From: Escherichia phage EAWsc9
Sequence record: PQ341120.1
Direction: 5' to 3' (one strand)
Length of the DNA: 64,000 nt
The notes under the pieces are model-generated. The model had not been told where the DNA came from. It made no database searches and saw only the letters and a list, made by a program, of their open reading frames with translations. Position 1 is the first letter of the stretch, and each line of letters opens with the position of its first letter. The position numbers and the translations under genes were made by a program. This document shows positions 62,901-64,000 of the stretch, one piece after another.

Positions 62901-63309
62901 AATTATTTCTCATGGCCATTTAGTTCAGGCGAATGACAGTTATTCCACATATGTCCGTGATGTTTATGTCCGTTCTGATATTCGCGTTAAAAAAGACCTC
63001 GTTAAATTTGAAAATGCTTCTCAGAAGCTTTCTAAAATTAACGGTTACACTTATATGCAGAAGCGTGGAACGGATGAAGAAGGTAATCAGAAATGGGAAC
63101 CTAACGCTGGTTTAATTGCTCAAGAAGTTCAAGCTATTTTACCTGAATTGGTTGAAGGTGACCCTAATGGTGAAGCTTTACTTCGTTTAAACTATAACGG
63201 TGTAATTGGTTTAAATACAGCTGCAATCAATGAGCACACTGCAGAAATAGCAGAATTGAAATCAGAGATTGAAGAACTTAAAGCATTAATTAAATCATTG
63301 TTAAAATAA
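59980..63309 (+). CDS. 37: Long tail fibre distal subunit, large, 1109 aa, with C-terminal chaperone-like domain
   Basis: Conserved gp37 N-terminus ([16 protein letters not shown]...[11 protein letters not shown]); C-terminal about 120 aa resembles an intramolecular chaperone / autoproteolytic domain with a terminal coiled coil. Confidence 0.93.
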   Translation: MATLKQIQFKRSKVAGVRPAPTVLAEGELAINLKDRLLFTKDDTGAIIDLGFAKGGNIDGNVIHNGNYNQTGDYTLNGTFTQTGDFNLTGIARVTRDIIAAGQIMTEGGELISKSASTSHLRFFDGASRERGIIFSPNNAGLTTQVVNIRVQDYAAGSESTYAFSGNGQFTSPEVSAWKSISSPQILTDKVITNGKKAGDYDIYSLANNNSNTDKNNLRVVRTDAAAAMLHEICENNGISWYSGSTPTDYMLSFAYSGGFQAGHSIAVGMESGPMTYSALGKGSIALGDNDTGLKWYQDGYFYAVNNGTRTFLYSPESTVSLRKMVMGYSVNGNDLTTPPTENYALGTVVTYHDNNAFGDGQTLLGYYQGGAYHHYFRGKGTTNINTTGGLLVTPGNIDVIGGLINIDGRSNASTLLFSSYTSGQSSVDNMNIRVWGDTFTTVDGTRKNVMEISDATSWMQYIQRTTAGKVESVLNGSQIVNENLTVVKNATFDGTISAHGEIAGNAVNALRIWNDDYGAIFRRSENSLHIIPTAYGEGKNGDIGLLRPFSLSLDTGKVVIPDLDLSYAGFPANGYIRFGGHGAGAGGYDIQYSQAAPVFQEIDDDEVSKYYPIVKQKFLQGEAVWSLGTEINSGTFVLHHLKEDGTQNHTSRFNADGTVNFPDNVQVGGGEATIAKNGNIFSDIWKTFTSAGDVTNIRDAIATRVAKEGDTMTGKLVIEAPGDALVLRTSAGNSSHIRSDVNGTGNWYVGKGGSDNGIGLYSYATNCGLYITNNGEFNVDLSGAGLAMQMNYYRMYVNGRAWVNTQGHGYGNQWQTEAPYFVDFGESVPKDSYMPIIKGKSTLATEGYSTKADFGIIRLGGAGTWGSAVIRVGSAESGDASHPNAIFVFQANGDFVAPAGLRASVNLGVGTIPVWGGASIAIGDNDTGLVHGGNSRINMYANAQHIASWGTMYQSHPGLWDSNGAFWTEVGKAIISHGHLVQANDSYSTYVRDVYVRSDIRVKKDLVKFENASQKLSKINGYTYMQKRGTDEEGNQKWEPNAGLIAQEVQAILPELVEGDPNGEALLRLNYNGVIGLNTAAINEHTAEIAELKSEIEELKALIKSLLK

Positions 63310-63312
63310 TAA

Positions 63313-63330
63313 GAGGGGCTTCGGCCCCTT
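63313..63330 (+). terminator. GC hairpin between genes 37 and 38
   Basis: GGGGC-TTCG-GCCCC followed by the gene 38 RBS GGAGG; no T-run. Confidence 0.4.
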
Positions 63331-63340
63331 GGAGGTTTAT

Positions 63341-64000
63341 ATGGCAGTAGCAGGACCGTGGATAGGAACTTCTGCATTAGCTAATACAGGACAAAATTGG
63401 ATGGGCGGCGCTGCCCAACGATTGAGAATGGGTGCTCCGTTTTGGATGAGTAATATGGTAGGTCGGTCTGTTGAAGTAATTCACACACTTGGGGCCGACC
63501 ATAACTTTAATGGGCAATGGTTTAGAGACCGTTGTTTTGAAGCCGGTGCTGCACCTATTGTGTTTAACATCACCGGTGATTTAGTATCTTATACCAAAGA
63601 TGTTCCGTTGTTCTTTATGTACGGCGATACCCCTAATGAATACGTTACTTTGAATATTCACGGCGGGGTCCATATGTGGGGCCGTGGTGGTAACGGTGGG
63701 ACCCGTGTTTGGGTAGCGGGTACAAATGGTGGTGATGTAATTCAAAACGACATTGGGGGCAGACTCCGTATTTGGAACTATGGTGTTATAGCTTCAGGTG
63801 GCGGTGGTGGTGCCGGGTGTGCTTCAAATAACTCTTGGCTTGAGGCGGGTACAGCCGGTGGCGGCGGTGGTAGACCATATGGATTAGGTGGTACTAATGG
63901 TGCCGTAAACCCAGGTGGCAACGCTAGTTATACCGGGCCAGGTGGCGGTGGCAGCTTTGGTGGACAGTGGGGCGGTGGTAATGGCGGCGACGCGGGCGGT
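63341..64000 (+). CDS. 38: Tail fibre adhesin gp38 (T2/T6 type, glycine-rich motifs), 5' partial, continues past window end
   Basis: Hand-translated: conserved N-terminal gp37-attachment region ([36 protein letters not shown]) followed by poly-Gly motifs ([26 protein letters not shown]). Confidence 0.85.
   Translation, partial: MAVAGPWIGTSALANTGQNWMGGAAQRLRMGAPFWMSNMVGRSVEVIHTLGADHNFNGQWFRDRCFEAGAAPIVFNITGDLVSYTKDVPLFFMYGDTPNEYVTLNIHGGVHMWGRGGNGGTRVWVAGTNGGDVIQNDIGGRLRIWNYGVIASGGGGGAGCASNNSWLEAGTAGGGGGRPYGLGGTNGAVNPGGNASYTGPGGGGSFGGQWGGGNGGDAGG

Noticed and set aside
54161-63309. Internal repeats in tail fibre genes 34 and 37 as possible mobile or repeat elements
   Set aside because: Repetitive beta-structure segments are intrinsic to long tail fibre proteins; the reading frames are continuous.

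Overview
This window is a contiguous segment of a T4-like (T-even, Tequatrovirus-type) myovirus genome running from gene 17 (large terminase) to the 5' part of gene 38 (tail-fibre adhesin), identified by recalled similarity of the translated ORFs to T4 proteins and by T4 gene order. The plus strand carries the late structural modules: 17-18-19-20-67-68-21-22-23-24, the baseplate hub 51-27-28-29-48-54, and the long tail fibre genes 34-35-36-37-38. The minus strand carries rnlB, hoc, inh, uvsY, 25 and 26, and a roughly 27 kb early/middle block: alt, DNA ligase, a run of small 30.x-like ORFs, 31, cd, pseT, the spanin pair, alc, rnlA, denA, nrdB, nrdA, td, frd, 32, 59, 33, dsbA and rnh. Start codons were re-examined because the ORF track accepts GTG/TTG starts and several first ATGs sit inside promoter -10 elements. 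Regulatory sites were read by eye: T4-type late promoters (TATAAATA), early promoters (GTTTACA, 17 nt, C/TATAAT), MotA-box middle promoters and hairpin terminators; their coordinates are approximate (about +/-2 nt). I did not find an obviously foreign system (no CRISPR array, no tRNA or rRNA gene, no intron or homing endonuclease). The most unusual local features are a tandem pair of gene 24 paralogs, a roughly 400 bp hairpin-rich noncoding island next to a 53-aa basic ORF, a perfect 69-bp in-frame tandem duplication, a stand-alone paralog of the Alc N-terminal domain, a HAD-like phosphatase with a low-complexity tail, and a repeated 16-21 nt promoter-associated element (TATAATGGTTCTAGACCC) that includes the uvsY promoter region. 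td and nrdB are uninterrupted, unlike T4.
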